Shown piece after piece: positions 42,224-51,964 of a stretch of DNA of 64,000 nucleotides (position 1 is its first letter; every line of letters starts with the position of its first letter). The DNA comes from an uncultured Solirubrobacterales bacterium. GTDB taxonomy: Bacteria > Actinomycetota > Thermoleophilia > Solirubrobacterales > 70-9. The notes under the pieces were generated by a model. The model made no database searches. It worked only from the letters and a program-made list of their open reading frames with translations, and was not told where the DNA came from. The stretch is taken from assembly GCA_963716245.1 (NCBI GenBank), contig OY970300.1, positions 913,152 to 977,151 of the forward strand, read 5' to 3'. The translations under genes were made by a program, and so were the position numbers.

Positions 42224-42586
42224 ATGTTGCACCACGTTCTCCTGGAGGTGGCGAACCTCGAGCGCAGCGCGGCGTTCTACGACGCCCTGCTCGCTCCGCT
42301 GGGCTGGCGCCGTCATTTCGACGACGACGGGACGATCGGGTGGGGCATCCCCAAACCGGTGTTCTTCATCGCCGATCACCACGATCCACGGCCGGGCTTC
42401 GGCCTGCTCTGCTTCACGGGGCTCGGGATCGTCGCCGTCAAGGCGGCCTGGGAGGCGGGGGTCGGCGCCGGGGGCAAGAGCGTCAGCGATCCCGGCGAGC
42501 GGCGCTCGCACGGTTCGGGGTCCTACTCGGCATTCCTCACCGACCCGGACGGGTACGAGATAGAGGTCACGGTCGGCAGTGACTAG
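42224..42586 (+). CDS. VOC (glyoxalase/bleomycin resistance/dioxygenase) family protein
   Basis: LHHVLLEVANLERSAAFYDALLAPLGW...DPDGYEIEV. Confidence 0.8.
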   Translation: MLHHVLLEVANLERSAAFYDALLAPLGWRRHFDDDGTIGWGIPKPVFFIADHHDPRPGFGLLCFTGLGIVAVKAAWEAGVGAGGKSVSDPGERRSHGSGSYSAFLTDPDGYEIEVTVGSD

Positions 42587-43633
<1,047 letters not shown>

Positions 43634-43649
43634 GCCTCCGGGCCCGGCG

Positions 43650-44837
43650 ATGAGCTTCGCGAAGAAGACCGTCCGCGACGCCGACGTCGCGGGCGGGCGG
43701 GCGCTCGTCCGGGTCGACTTCAACGTGCCGCTCGACGGCGGCGCGGTCGCCGACGACACGCGGATCCGCGCCGCGCTGCCGACGATCGAGCTGCTGCGCG
43801 AGCGCGGCGCTGCCCTCGTCTTGGTCTCCCACCTCGGCCGGCCGAAGGGCGAGGCGGTGTCGGAGCTGTCGCTGCGCCCGGTCGCCGAGCGGCTCTCGGA
43901 GCTGCTCGGGACCGAGGTCGCGCTGGCGCCGGCTGTGCGCGGGGAGGAGGTCGAGTCGATCGCGGCCGGCCTCGCCGGCGGCGAGGTGCTGCTGCTCGAG
44001 AACGTCCGCTTCGAGCCGGGGGAGACCGAGAACGACCCGGGGTTGGCCGCATCCCTGGCGGGCCTCGCCGACCTCTACGTCAACGACGCCTTCGGGGCCG
44101 CGCACCGCGCCCACGCCAGCACCGAGGGGGTCGCCCACCGCCTTCCCGGCTACGCCGGGCTGCTGCTGGAGCGGGAGGTGAGCGAGCTGACCCGCGTGGT
44201 CGAGTCGCCGCAGCGGCCGCTCGTCGTCGTGCTCGGGGGCGCGAAGGTCTCCGACAAGGTCGGCGTGATCGACCGCTTCCTCGAAGTCGCCGACCGGATC
44301 CTGATCGGCGGCGCGATGTGCTTCAGCTTCTTCCGCGCCCAGGGAATCCCCATCGGGAACTCGCTGGTCGAGGAGGAGGGCGTGCGGCTGGCCGAGGAGG
44401 CGCTGCGCCGCGCCGAGGACTCCGATTGCGAGCTGATGCTGCCGGTCGACCTCGTCCTGGGGAAGAGCTTCGACGCCGCGACGGAGCGCCGCGAGAGCGA
44501 CGGGGTCGAGGTTCCCGACGGCTGGATGGGCCTCGACGTAGGCCCGCGCACCGCCGCCGCCTACGCCGACGCCGTCGGCTCGGCGGGCACGGTGCTCTGG
44601 AACGGGCCGATGGGGGCATTCGAGCTGGAGCCGTTCGCGGGCGGGACGAGGACGGTCGCCGAGGCTGTCGCGGCAGCATCGGGCACGACCGTGGTCGGCG
44701 GGGGTGACTCGGTCGCGGCGCTGCACGAGTTCGGCCTCGCCGAGAGGGTGGACTGGGTCTCGACCGGAGGAGGTGCGTCGTTGGAGCTGCTGGAGGGAAA
44801 GAGGCTGCCGGGCGTGGAGGCGTTGCAGGATGCCTGA
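43650..44837 (+). CDS. pgk: Phosphoglycerate kinase
   Basis: RVDFNVPL, SHLGRPKG, GGGDS, STGGGASLE. Confidence 0.97.
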   Translation: MSFAKKTVRDADVAGGRALVRVDFNVPLDGGAVADDTRIRAALPTIELLRERGAALVLVSHLGRPKGEAVSELSLRPVAERLSELLGTEVALAPAVRGEEVESIAAGLAGGEVLLLENVRFEPGETENDPGLAASLAGLADLYVNDAFGAAHRAHASTEGVAHRLPGYAGLLLEREVSELTRVVESPQRPLVVVLGGAKVSDKVGVIDRFLEVADRILIGGAMCFSFFRAQGIPIGNSLVEEEGVRLAEEALRRAEDSDCELMLPVDLVLGKSFDAATERRESDGVEVPDGWMGLDVGPRTAAAYADAVGSAGTVLWNGPMGAFELEPFAGGTRTVAEAVAAASGTTVVGGGDSVAALHEFGLAERVDWVSTGGGASLELLEGKRLPGVEALQDA

Positions 44838-45579
44838 GCGGACCCCATATCTCGCCGCCAACTGGAAGATGCACAAGACCGTCGCCGAGGCGGCCGAGTT
44901 CGTCGACGCGCTGCTGCCGCGGATCGCGGCCACCCAGCACGACGTCGTCCTCTGCCCGCCCTTCACGGCGCTGACCGCGGTGGTCGAGCGTCGCTACGGC
45001 ACCGCGGTCAAGGTCGCCGCCCAGAACATGCACGAGGAGGAGGCCGGCGCCTACACCGGCGAGGTCTCGGCCGCGATGCTGGTTGAGCTCGACGTGGAGG
45101 CGGTCGTCCTCGGCCATTCCGAGCGCCGTCAGTACTTCGACGAGACCGACGAGGCGCTTGCCCGCAAGGTCCCGGCTGCCCTGGCCGCCGGGCTTGAGCC
45201 GATCCTCTGCGTCGGCGAGAGCGAGGAGGCCCGCGACGCCGAGCAGACCGACGCCGTGCTCCAGCGCCAGCTGCAGGCCGACCTCGCCGCGGTCACGCCG
45301 ACCCGCTTGGCGGAGGTCGTGATCGCCTACGAGCCGATCTGGGCGATCGGCACGGGCCGCACCGCGACGCCCGAGCAGGCCCAGGAAACGATCGCCTTCA
45401 TCCGCGACGTGCTGCGAGAGCAGGGCGCCGAGGCAGACCGCGTGCGGATCCTCTACGGCGGCTCCGTCAAGCCGAGCAACGCCGCTGAGCTGCTCGCCCA
45501 GCCCGACATCGACGGCGCCCTGGTCGGCGGCGCGAGCCTCGACCCCGAGGACTTCGCGGCGATCGTGGAAGCCGCGTGA
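44830..45579 (+). CDS. tpiA: Triosephosphate isomerase
   Basis: AANWKMHK, LGHSERR, AYEPIWAIGTG, GGASL. The ATG overlaps the pgk 3' end by 8 nt. Confidence 0.95.
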   Translation: MPERTPYLAANWKMHKTVAEAAEFVDALLPRIAATQHDVVLCPPFTALTAVVERRYGTAVKVAAQNMHEEEAGAYTGEVSAAMLVELDVEAVVLGHSERRQYFDETDEALARKVPAALAAGLEPILCVGESEEARDAEQTDAVLQRQLQADLAAVTPTRLAEVVIAYEPIWAIGTGRTATPEQAQETIAFIRDVLREQGAEADRVRILYGGSVKPSNAAELLAQPDIDGALVGGASLDPEDFAAIVEAA

Positions 45580-45586
45580 CGGCCCA

Positions 45587-45625
45587 CCCTGCGTCCTTGC
45601 CTGGCGACCCCTGGGTCTCGTCATG
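45587..45625 (+). repeat. Copy 3 of the recurrent 5' motif, ending in the gpmI ATG
   Basis: CCCTGCGTCCTTGCCTGGCGACCCCTGGGTCTCGTCATG, starting 8 nt after the tpiA stop. Confidence 0.5.
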
Positions 45626-47176
45626 AACCTCCCAGTGCCTTCATTGGCGCTGGTGATTTTGGACGGCTGGGGTCTGGCTCCGCCGGGGCCGGGCAACGCG
45701 ATCTCGTTGGCCGAGACGCCGGTCTTCGACCGCCTCTGGGACGCCTATTCGCACACGCAGCTCTCCGCCCAGGGGCGCGAGGTCGGCCTGCCCGACGGGC
45801 AGATGGGCAACTCCGAGGTGGGACACCTCAACCTCGGCGCCGGCGCGATCGTCAAGCAGGACCTGGCCCGGATCGACGACGCGATCGCCGACGGCGGCTT
45901 CTTCGAGAACGAGGCGCTGCTCGCCGCCTGCGACCGCGCCCGCCGCAGCCCGCGCGGCCGCCTGCATCTGCTCGGGCTGGTCTCCGACGGCGGCGTGCAC
46001 TCCGGCTGGGAGCACCTCGAGGCGACGATCGAGCTCGCCTCGCAGGAGGGCGTGCCGGACGTCGTATTCCACGCCTTCACCGACGGCCGCGACACGCTGC
46101 CGCACGGCGGCCGCGGCTACCTCGCCGAGCTCGAGCGCTGGCTGCGCCAGGCCGGTCGGCTCGGCACGGTCGGCGGGCGCTACTACGCGATGGACCGCGA
46201 CACGCGCTGGGAGCGGACCAAGCTCGCCTACGACGCGATCGTCCACGCCCGCGGCCTGCACGCCACGAGCGCCGACGAGGCGATCGAGACCTCCTACGAG
46301 CGCGAGGAGACCGACGAGTTCGTCAAGCCGACCGTGATCGGCGACTACGACGGCGTCGCCGAGGGGGACGTGGCGATCTTCGTCAACTTCCGGCCCGACC
46401 GGGCGCGGCAGATGACCCGCGCCCTCGCCGATCCCGACTTCGACGAGTTCCCGCGCAGCGGACCGCTGCTCGACCTGACGACGATGACCGAGTACCGCAA
46501 AGGCTGGCCCTATCCGGTCGCCTTCTCCGAGGCACGGCCCGAGACGACCCTGGCCGAGGTGGTCTCGGAGGCGGGCGGTCGCCAGCTCCACGTCGCCGAG
46601 ACCGAGAAGTACGCGCACGTCACCTACTTCTTCAACGGCGGCCGCGAGGAGGAGTGGGAGGGGGAGGAGCGCTGCCTGGTCGAGTCGCCGCGCGACGTGC
46701 CGACCTATGACCACAAACCGCAGATGAGCGCCCGCGCCGCCGCCGACGCCTTCGTCGAGCGCTGGTCGGGTGGCGAGCACCGCTTCGGGATCATCAACTT
46801 CGCCAACCCCGACATGGTCGGTCACACGGGCTCGATCCCGGCGGCGGTGCAGGCGGTGGAGACCGTCGACGCCTGCCTCGGCGACGTGGTCGCCGCGGTC
46901 GAGCGCTCCGGAGGCGCCTGCATCGTCACCGCCGACCACGGCAACTGCGACCACATGCTCGAGCCCGACGGCTCGCCGAACACCGCCCACTCGCTCAACC
47001 CGGTCCCGCTGATCGTCACCGCCGAGGGCATCGAGCTCCGCGACGGCGGCATCCTCGCCGATGTCGCGCCGACCGCCCTCGACCTGCTCGGCATCCCGCA
47101 GCCCCGGGCGATGACCGGCAAGTCGCTGCTGAGCACCCGCCCAGATCAGGGAGCCGGTAACCCCCCCAAGAGTTGA
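45623..47176 (+). CDS. gpmI: 2,3-bisphosphoglycerate-independent phosphoglycerate mutase
   Basis: ILDGWG, GNSEVGHLN(L)GAG, GLVSDGGVHS, NFANPDMVGHTG, TADHGN. Confidence 0.95.
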   Translation: MNLPVPSLALVILDGWGLAPPGPGNAISLAETPVFDRLWDAYSHTQLSAQGREVGLPDGQMGNSEVGHLNLGAGAIVKQDLARIDDAIADGGFFENEALLAACDRARRSPRGRLHLLGLVSDGGVHSGWEHLEATIELASQEGVPDVVFHAFTDGRDTLPHGGRGYLAELERWLRQAGRLGTVGGRYYAMDRDTRWERTKLAYDAIVHARGLHATSADEAIETSYEREETDEFVKPTVIGDYDGVAEGDVAIFVNFRPDRARQMTRALADPDFDEFPRSGPLLDLTTMTEYRKGWPYPVAFSEARPETTLAEVVSEAGGRQLHVAETEKYAHVTYFFNGGREEEWEGEERCLVESPRDVPTYDHKPQMSARAAADAFVERWSGGEHRFGIINFANPDMVGHTGSIPAAVQAVETVDACLGDVVAAVERSGGACIVTADHGNCDHMLEPDGSPNTAHSLNPVPLIVTAEGIELRDGGILADVAPTALDLLGIPQPRAMTGKSLLSTRPDQGAGNPPKS

Positions 47177-47201
47177 CATAAAGCCACTTAGATTTCATAC
47201 T
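47173..47201 (+). promoter_or_regulatory. Sigma-70-like promoter for hsp20 (TTGACA-17 nt-CATACT)
   Basis: TTGACA at 47173-47178 (overlapping the gpmI stop), a 17-nt AT-rich spacer, and CATACT at 47196-47201. The AGGAGG RBS is at 47228-47233. Confidence 0.5.
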
Positions 47202-47240
47202 GTGCAGGAAAGCATCAAACACGCAGTAGGAGGTAGCGAA

Positions 47241-47723
47241 ATGGCACTTGTGAGATGGGATCCGGCACGTGAGCTGGACCTTCTTCAGGGAGACATGAAC
47301 CGCCTCTTCGACACCTTCTTCCAGGGCCGTGGGGTCGGCGCGGCCGCCGCCAACGGCAGCCGGCGCTGGATCCCGCCGATGGACCTGGTCGAGGCGGACG
47401 AGGAGTTCGTCCTCCGCGCGGACCTCCCCGGGCTCGAGCGCGACGACCTCGAGATCGAGGTCAAGGACAACGTCCTGACGATCTCGGGCGAGCGCCGTGC
47501 CGAGCACGAGGACCGCAAGGAGGGCTACCACCGCGTCGAGCGCTCGTTCGGCCGCTTCTCCCGCTCGCTCGACCTCCCCGACGGGATCGACGCGAGCGCG
47601 GTGAGCGCCGACTTCGAGAACGGCGTGCTCGAGGTGAGGATCCCCAAGCCCGAGGAGCGGCAGCCGACCAAGGTCGAGATCGGCGCCGGCAACGGCAACA
47701 GCCTGGAGTCCGGCGAGGAGTAG
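47241..47723 (+). CDS. Hsp20/alpha-crystallin family small heat-shock protein
   Basis: Alpha-crystallin domain (PPMDLVEADEEFVLRADLPG...ERSFGRFSRSLDLP...ENGVLEVRIPK). Confidence 0.9.
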   Translation: MALVRWDPARELDLLQGDMNRLFDTFFQGRGVGAAAANGSRRWIPPMDLVEADEEFVLRADLPGLERDDLEIEVKDNVLTISGERRAEHEDRKEGYHRVERSFGRFSRSLDLPDGIDASAVSADFENGVLEVRIPKPEERQPTKVEIGAGNGNSLESGEE

Positions 47724-47726
47724 GCG

Positions 47727-47751
47727 GGCGGCGGCTGCTGAGGCCGCCGCC
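47727..47751 (+). terminator. Hairpin after hsp20
   Basis: GGCGGCGGC-tgctgag-GCCGCCGCC, a 9-bp perfect stem 4 nt after the stop. Confidence 0.6.
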
Positions 47752-47765
47752 ATACGCTTCGGCCC

Positions 47766-48977
47766 GTGCGGAGCGAGCCGGAGCGCCTCAGGTTCGAGAT
47801 CGACGCCCGCGACGGGAGCGCCCGCGCGGGCGTCCTGCACACGGCGCATGGCCTGGTCCGGACGCCGGCCTTCATCCCGCTGGCGACCAAGGGGACGGTG
47901 CGGAGCCTGGAGTCGCGCGAGGTCGCCGATCTGGGCTACGGGTTGATCCTCGGCAACACGTACCACCTGTTCGTCTCACCCGGTTCGGAGCGGATCGCAA
48001 CCGCCGGCGGCCTGCACGACTTCATGGGCTGGGACGGGGCGCTGATCACCGACTCCGGCGGCTTCCAGGTCTTCTCGCTCGCCCACGGTGGGGTGGCCGA
48101 CGAGGTGAAGGGGAAGGGACGGCCGGGAGGAGACCGTGGCTCGGTCGTCTCGATCGGCGAGGAGGGCGTTCGCTTCCGCTCCTACAAGGACGGGCGCTCG
48201 CTGTTCCTCTCCCCGGAGGTCTCGATGGGGGTCCAGGCGAAGCTCGGCTCCGACATCGCACTCGTCTTCGACGAGTGCACCCCCTACCACGCCGACCGCG
48301 AGTACACCGCCCGCTCGATGGAGCGGACGCACCGCTGGCTGGGGCGTTGCCTGGATTGGCATGGTGAGGAGGGACCGGCGCGCCAGGCGGTGTTCGGGAT
48401 CGTCCAGGGAGGCGTCCACGAGGACCTGCGCCGCGAGTCGGCGGAGGCGGTCTCGGAGGCCGGCGTCGACGGGCTCGCGATCGGCGGCACGCTCGGCCGC
48501 GACAAGGAGGAGATGCGGGGGGTGCTCGGCCTGACCGCGCCGCTGCTCCCCGAGGCGGCGCCCAAGCACCTGCTCGGGATCGGCGACGTGGACGACCTGC
48601 TCGCCGGCATCGCCCTCGGGCTGGACGTCTTCGACTGCGCGATCCCGACGCGCCTTGCCCGCCACGGCACCGCGCTCGTCCCCGACCCGGAAAACCGCTT
48701 CCGCCTCGACCTGCGCAAGGCGGGCTGGGAGGGAGATACCGCTCCGATCGCCGACGGCTGCCCCTGCCCGGCCTGCATCCACCACGACCGCGACTACCTC
48801 AACTACCTCTCGCGCGCCGAGGAGCTGACCGCGGTCCGCCTCCTCTGCCTCCACAACCTGACCTACCTGCACGAGCTCGTGACCCACGCCCGCGCGGCGA
48901 TCCACGCCGGATCGCTCGGCGCCTACTCCGCCGCGATCCTCGATGGCGCCGCTCCGTGGAGCGCGTCCCACTCCTGA
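47766..48977 (+). CDS. tgt: tRNA-guanine transglycosylase (queuine tRNA-ribosyltransferase)
   Basis: TPAFIPLATKGTV, TDSGGFQV, GLAIGG and Zn site CPCPAC...H. Confidence 0.95.
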   Translation: MRSEPERLRFEIDARDGSARAGVLHTAHGLVRTPAFIPLATKGTVRSLESREVADLGYGLILGNTYHLFVSPGSERIATAGGLHDFMGWDGALITDSGGFQVFSLAHGGVADEVKGKGRPGGDRGSVVSIGEEGVRFRSYKDGRSLFLSPEVSMGVQAKLGSDIALVFDECTPYHADREYTARSMERTHRWLGRCLDWHGEEGPARQAVFGIVQGGVHEDLRRESAEAVSEAGVDGLAIGGTLGRDKEEMRGVLGLTAPLLPEAAPKHLLGIGDVDDLLAGIALGLDVFDCAIPTRLARHGTALVPDPENRFRLDLRKAGWEGDTAPIADGCPCPACIHHDRDYLNYLSRAEELTAVRLLCLHNLTYLHELVTHARAAIHAGSLGAYSAAILDGAAPWSASHS

Positions 48978-49033
48978 CACGCTGCCGTCGCGAAGAAATC
49001 ACTTTCTGCGCGCCACGCTAAGGTCAATCTGCC

Positions 49034-49300
49034 GTGACGGAGAACGACAAGATGATTCGTGTGACTGAGGTGGAGCCGCTTGGCGGGTTCGTGCTGCGTC
49101 TTCGCTTCGACGACGACACGGAAAGAGTGGTCGATCTCGAGGGCGAGCTGTGGGGCCCGGTCTTCGAGCCACTGAAGGAAGATCCCGAGCTCTTCCGCGC
49201 CGTGAGGATCGAGGGACCGACGATTGCCTGGCCGAACGAAGCAGACCTGGCCCCGGAGTTCCTCCACACTGCCGGCCGACCCCTAGAGCACTCTCGCTGA
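49034..49300 (+). CDS. DUF2442-like small protein
   Basis: The pattern V..V.P....L.L.F.DG....VDL...L.GPVFEPL.D...F..V is recalled from DUF2442. Lower GC than its neighbours. Confidence 0.55.
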   Translation: MTENDKMIRVTEVEPLGGFVLRLRFDDDTERVVDLEGELWGPVFEPLKEDPELFRAVRIEGPTIAWPNEADLAPEFLHTAGRPLEHSR

Positions 49301-49308
49301 CTGTCGGG

Positions 49309-50532
49309 TTATTCCGTGTTCCTGCGGACGAGCTCCTTGAGCTCTTCCACCACCCGGTCCACTGAATCGCCCGCTACCTCCGAGGCTCGCACGCCGCTGG
49401 CCTGATCGGTGAGCGTGATCACCGCGGCGGCCACCGCGGCGGCGATCAGGATCAGCGCGACCGCTGCGAGGGTGAAGCGGACGAGGCGGGAAAAGGCGCC
49501 GCGCCTGCGGGCCGCCTGCGGATAGGCGGCGGGGGAGGGGGGCGGAGGAGCGGGCGCGGTGCGAGGCGCCGGCCGCCGGGTGGGAGAGGCCGGGCGCAGC
49601 TCGGTGCGCTCCGTCTGGTCGAGCGGCCGGGTGGTCGTCTCGCCGCCCAGCACCCGCGTCGGGCCGGCGTCCTCCTCGTGCGGCAGCGTCACGTCCTCGC
49701 CCTGCAGGCCCAGCCGCAGGCCGCCGGCCAGCTCGTCGGCACTCGCGTAGCGGCGGGCGGCGTCGCCCTCCAGGGCGCGCAGCACCGCCCCGCCGAGCGC
49801 CTCGGGCACCTCGTCGTTGTAGGCACTGGGCGGGAGCGGGCGCTCGTTCTGCTGGCGGACCGCGAGCTCAGCGAGCGTCGACCCCTCGTACGGCAGCCGG
49901 CCGGTCAGGAACTGGTAGAGGACGACGCCGAGCGCGTAGACGTCCGTCGCGGGGGTCGCCTCCTCGCCCCGCACCTGCTCCGGCGAGAGGTATGCCGCGG
50001 TCCCGACCACCGAGCCGACCTGGGTGATCCGGGTCTGTTCGATCGCCCTCGCGATCCCGAAGTCGGTCAGTTTCACCGTCATCGGACCGCCCCGGACCGG
50101 GCCGCCGTCGAGCATCAGGTTGCCCGGCTTGACGTCGCGGTGGATGATCCCGCGGCGGTGCGCGTAGTCGAGGCCCGCGCACGCCTGGATCCCGGCCTCC
50201 GCGGCCGCCTCCGGCTCGATCGGGCCCTGGCGCTGCAACACCTGCGCCCCGGAGCGGCCTTCCACGTACTCCATGACGATGAAGTGCCGGCCCTCGTCGA
50301 CCCCGGTGTCGTAGACCTGGACGATGTTGGGGTGGATCAGTTTCGCCACGGCCAGCGCCTCGCGGCGGAAGCGGGCGACGAAGCGCTCGTCGTCGGAGAG
50401 GTGCTCGGCGAGGATCTTGACCGCCACCGTTCGCTCGAGAATGCGGTCGGTCGCCTGGTAGACGTTCGACATCCCGCCCGAGCCGAGCCGCTCGCCGATC
50501 TCGTACCGCCCTGAGAGGGTGCCCGCCTCCAT
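49309..50532 (-). CDS. Ser/Thr protein kinase with one C-terminal TM helix and a short extracytoplasmic tail
   Basis: Hanks motifs: GSGGMSNV, VAVK, HRDVKPGN, DFGIA, SPEQ. Then a Pro-rich linker, a TM helix (LAAVALILIAAAVAAAVI) and about 40 external residues. Confidence 0.9.
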   Translation of the reverse strand: MEAGTLSGRYEIGERLGSGGMSNVYQATDRILERTVAVKILAEHLSDDERFVARFRREALAVAKLIHPNIVQVYDTGVDEGRHFIVMEYVEGRSGAQVLQRQGPIEPEAAAEAGIQACAGLDYAHRRGIIHRDVKPGNLMLDGGPVRGGPMTVKLTDFGIARAIEQTRITQVGSVVGTAAYLSPEQVRGEEATPATDVYALGVVLYQFLTGRLPYEGSTLAELAVRQQNERPLPPSAYNDEVPEALGGAVLRALEGDAARRYASADELAGGLRLGLQGEDVTLPHEEDAGPTRVLGGETTTRPLDQTERTELRPASPTRRPAPRTAPAPPPPSPAAYPQAARRRGAFSRLVRFTLAAVALILIAAAVAAAVITLTDQASGVRASEVAGDSVDRVVEELKELVRRNTE

Positions 50533-50534
50533 CG

Positions 50535-51134
50535 TCAGCCGCCACCCGCCGGGTTGGCCGGGCTCACTCCGCCGGACGATCCGCCGCCTTCGCCGCCGGA
50601 GGGCGGGGCGTTGCCCTGTTCGCCTTCCACGCCTTTTCCTTCCCCTTCGGCCTGCGGTGGGAGCAATGGCGAGCCTTCGCCTTCGTCGCTCTCGTCTTCT
50701 TCGTCTTCCTGCTTCTCTTCTTCCTTCTCTCGTGCCTCTTCTTCCTTCGCTTCCCTCTCTTCTTCCTTCTCGCGGTCCTCGTCTTCGCCTTCGCCTTCCG
50801 GTTCGACCGGCACGGGTTCGGTGGCTTCCACCTCTTCCTCGCAGCGAGCGACGACTTCTTCCAGACGCGCGGCGCCCTGCTCCAGGGCCCGCTCGAGGCG
50901 CGGGTCGACCCCCTCCAGGGCCCGCAGCTGTTCGCTCACCTGGAGCGTGGCGCTTTCGGCCCCGGCGCAGTCGCCTTCGTCGGCGAGCTGCTCGACCGTG
51001 TCCAGATTGGCGGTGATCTGCCGCGCGGTCTCGCCGGGCAGCAGCCGGGCGTCCTCCTCGCCGCAGGCGGCGAGGGCGACAGAGGCCATCGCGCCGAGCG
51101 CCAAGGCGAGCAGGGTCAGGGCCGGGCGGGACAC
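50535..51134 (-). CDS. Lipoprotein with a helical Cys-containing domain and an extremely acidic Glu-rich tail
   Basis: A GTG start gives VSRPALTLLALALGAMASVALAAC (lipobox LAAC). The tail reads EPEGEGEDEDREKEEEREAKEEEAREKEEEKQEDEEDESDEGE. The stop lies 2 nt before the kinase start. Confidence 0.6.
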   Translation of the reverse strand: MSRPALTLLALALGAMASVALAACGEEDARLLPGETARQITANLDTVEQLADEGDCAGAESATLQVSEQLRALEGVDPRLERALEQGAARLEEVVARCEEEVEATEPVPVEPEGEGEDEDREKEEEREAKEEEAREKEEEKQEDEEDESDEGEGSPLLPPQAEGEGKGVEGEQGNAPPSGGEGGGSSGGVSPANPAGGG

Positions 51135-51187
51135 CCGGCCGAGTCTAGAGAACGACCCTGGGTCCGGATTTCGCCTGCAAGTGACGG

Positions 51188-51964
51188 TCACTGGCCGATG
51201 TGGAGGCGATCGGCCAGGCGCCTCGGCAGGCCGGCCGCGACGATTCCGGCGGCGGCGCGCTCGACCTCGTAGGGGACGCGGTGGAAGCGCGCGGTCCACT
51301 CGGCCGTGTCGAGCTCGAGCCAGGCGGCGCGCGGGTCGCCGTCGCGGGGCTGCCCGACGCTGCCCGGGTTGACCAGCCAGTCGCCCCCGTCGAGGTCGAG
51401 CAGGGTGTCGTCGCCCGCCTGCGCACCACGCGTCTCGGCGCCCGACCGGCCGTTCGGTCGGTTGAAGAAGAGCGCGACGTGGGAGTGCCCGATCAGGCCG
51501 ATCCGCTCGGCCTGGACGTCAAGGCACGCGTCCGCCTGCTCGGCCGAGAGGACGTACTCCCAGACCGGGTCGCGCGGCGAGGCGTGCGACAGCGCGACGC
51601 CCTCGCGGGCGTCGCTCGGCTCGAGGTCGCGCAGGAGGTCGAGCGTCCGGGCGATCGCGTTGTCGCGCGTCCACCAGACCGCCGCCGCGGCGGCCTCCGA
51701 GAAGGCGGCGACGTCCAGCGCTCCCAGGACGGCGAGGTCGTGGTTTCCGACCAGGCAGAGGGAGCAGCGCTCGCGGACCAGCTCGGCGCAGGCATCCGGC
51801 TCGGAGCCGTACCCGACTACGTCGCCGAGGCACCAGATCTCCTCGACGCCGACCGCGTCGATCGCGGCGAGGACGGCCTCCAGCGCGGGCAGGTTCGAGT
51901 GGATGTCGGTGATCGCGGCGACGCGCACGCGGCCAGCGTATCCCGGCCCATACGATGCGGCCAT
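51188..51964 (-). CDS. Metallophosphoesterase (PPP/ApaH/YfcE-like, calcineurin-type fold)
   Basis: Motifs DIHSN, GDVVGYG, GNHD, GHSH. The true start may be GTG 51928, since the ATG at 51964 interlocks with the argS ATG in CCATGA. Confidence 0.85.
   Translation of the reverse strand: MAASYGPGYAGRVRVAAITDIHSNLPALEAVLAAIDAVGVEEIWCLGDVVGYGSEPDACAELVRERCSLCLVGNHDLAVLGALDVAAFSEAAAAAVWWTRDNAIARTLDLLRDLEPSDAREGVALSHASPRDPVWEYVLSAEQADACLDVQAERIGLIGHSHVALFFNRPNGRSGAETRGAQAGDDTLLDLDGGDWLVNPGSVGQPRDGDPRAAWLELDTAEWTARFHRVPYEVERAAAGIVAAGLPRRLADRLHIGQ

Noticed and set aside
45587-45625. Reading the recurrent motif as a sigma-54 promoter (it contains TGGC and TTGC)
   Set aside because: The elements are in the wrong order and spacing: TTGC precedes CTGGCGAC, whereas the consensus is TGGCAC-N5-TTGC. 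No sigma-54 activator gene is nearby.
47202-47240. GTG 47202 as the hsp20 start
   Set aside because: It lies immediately after the proposed -10 hexamer and upstream of the AGGAGG RBS. The ATG at 47241 gives a standard Hsp20 N-terminus.
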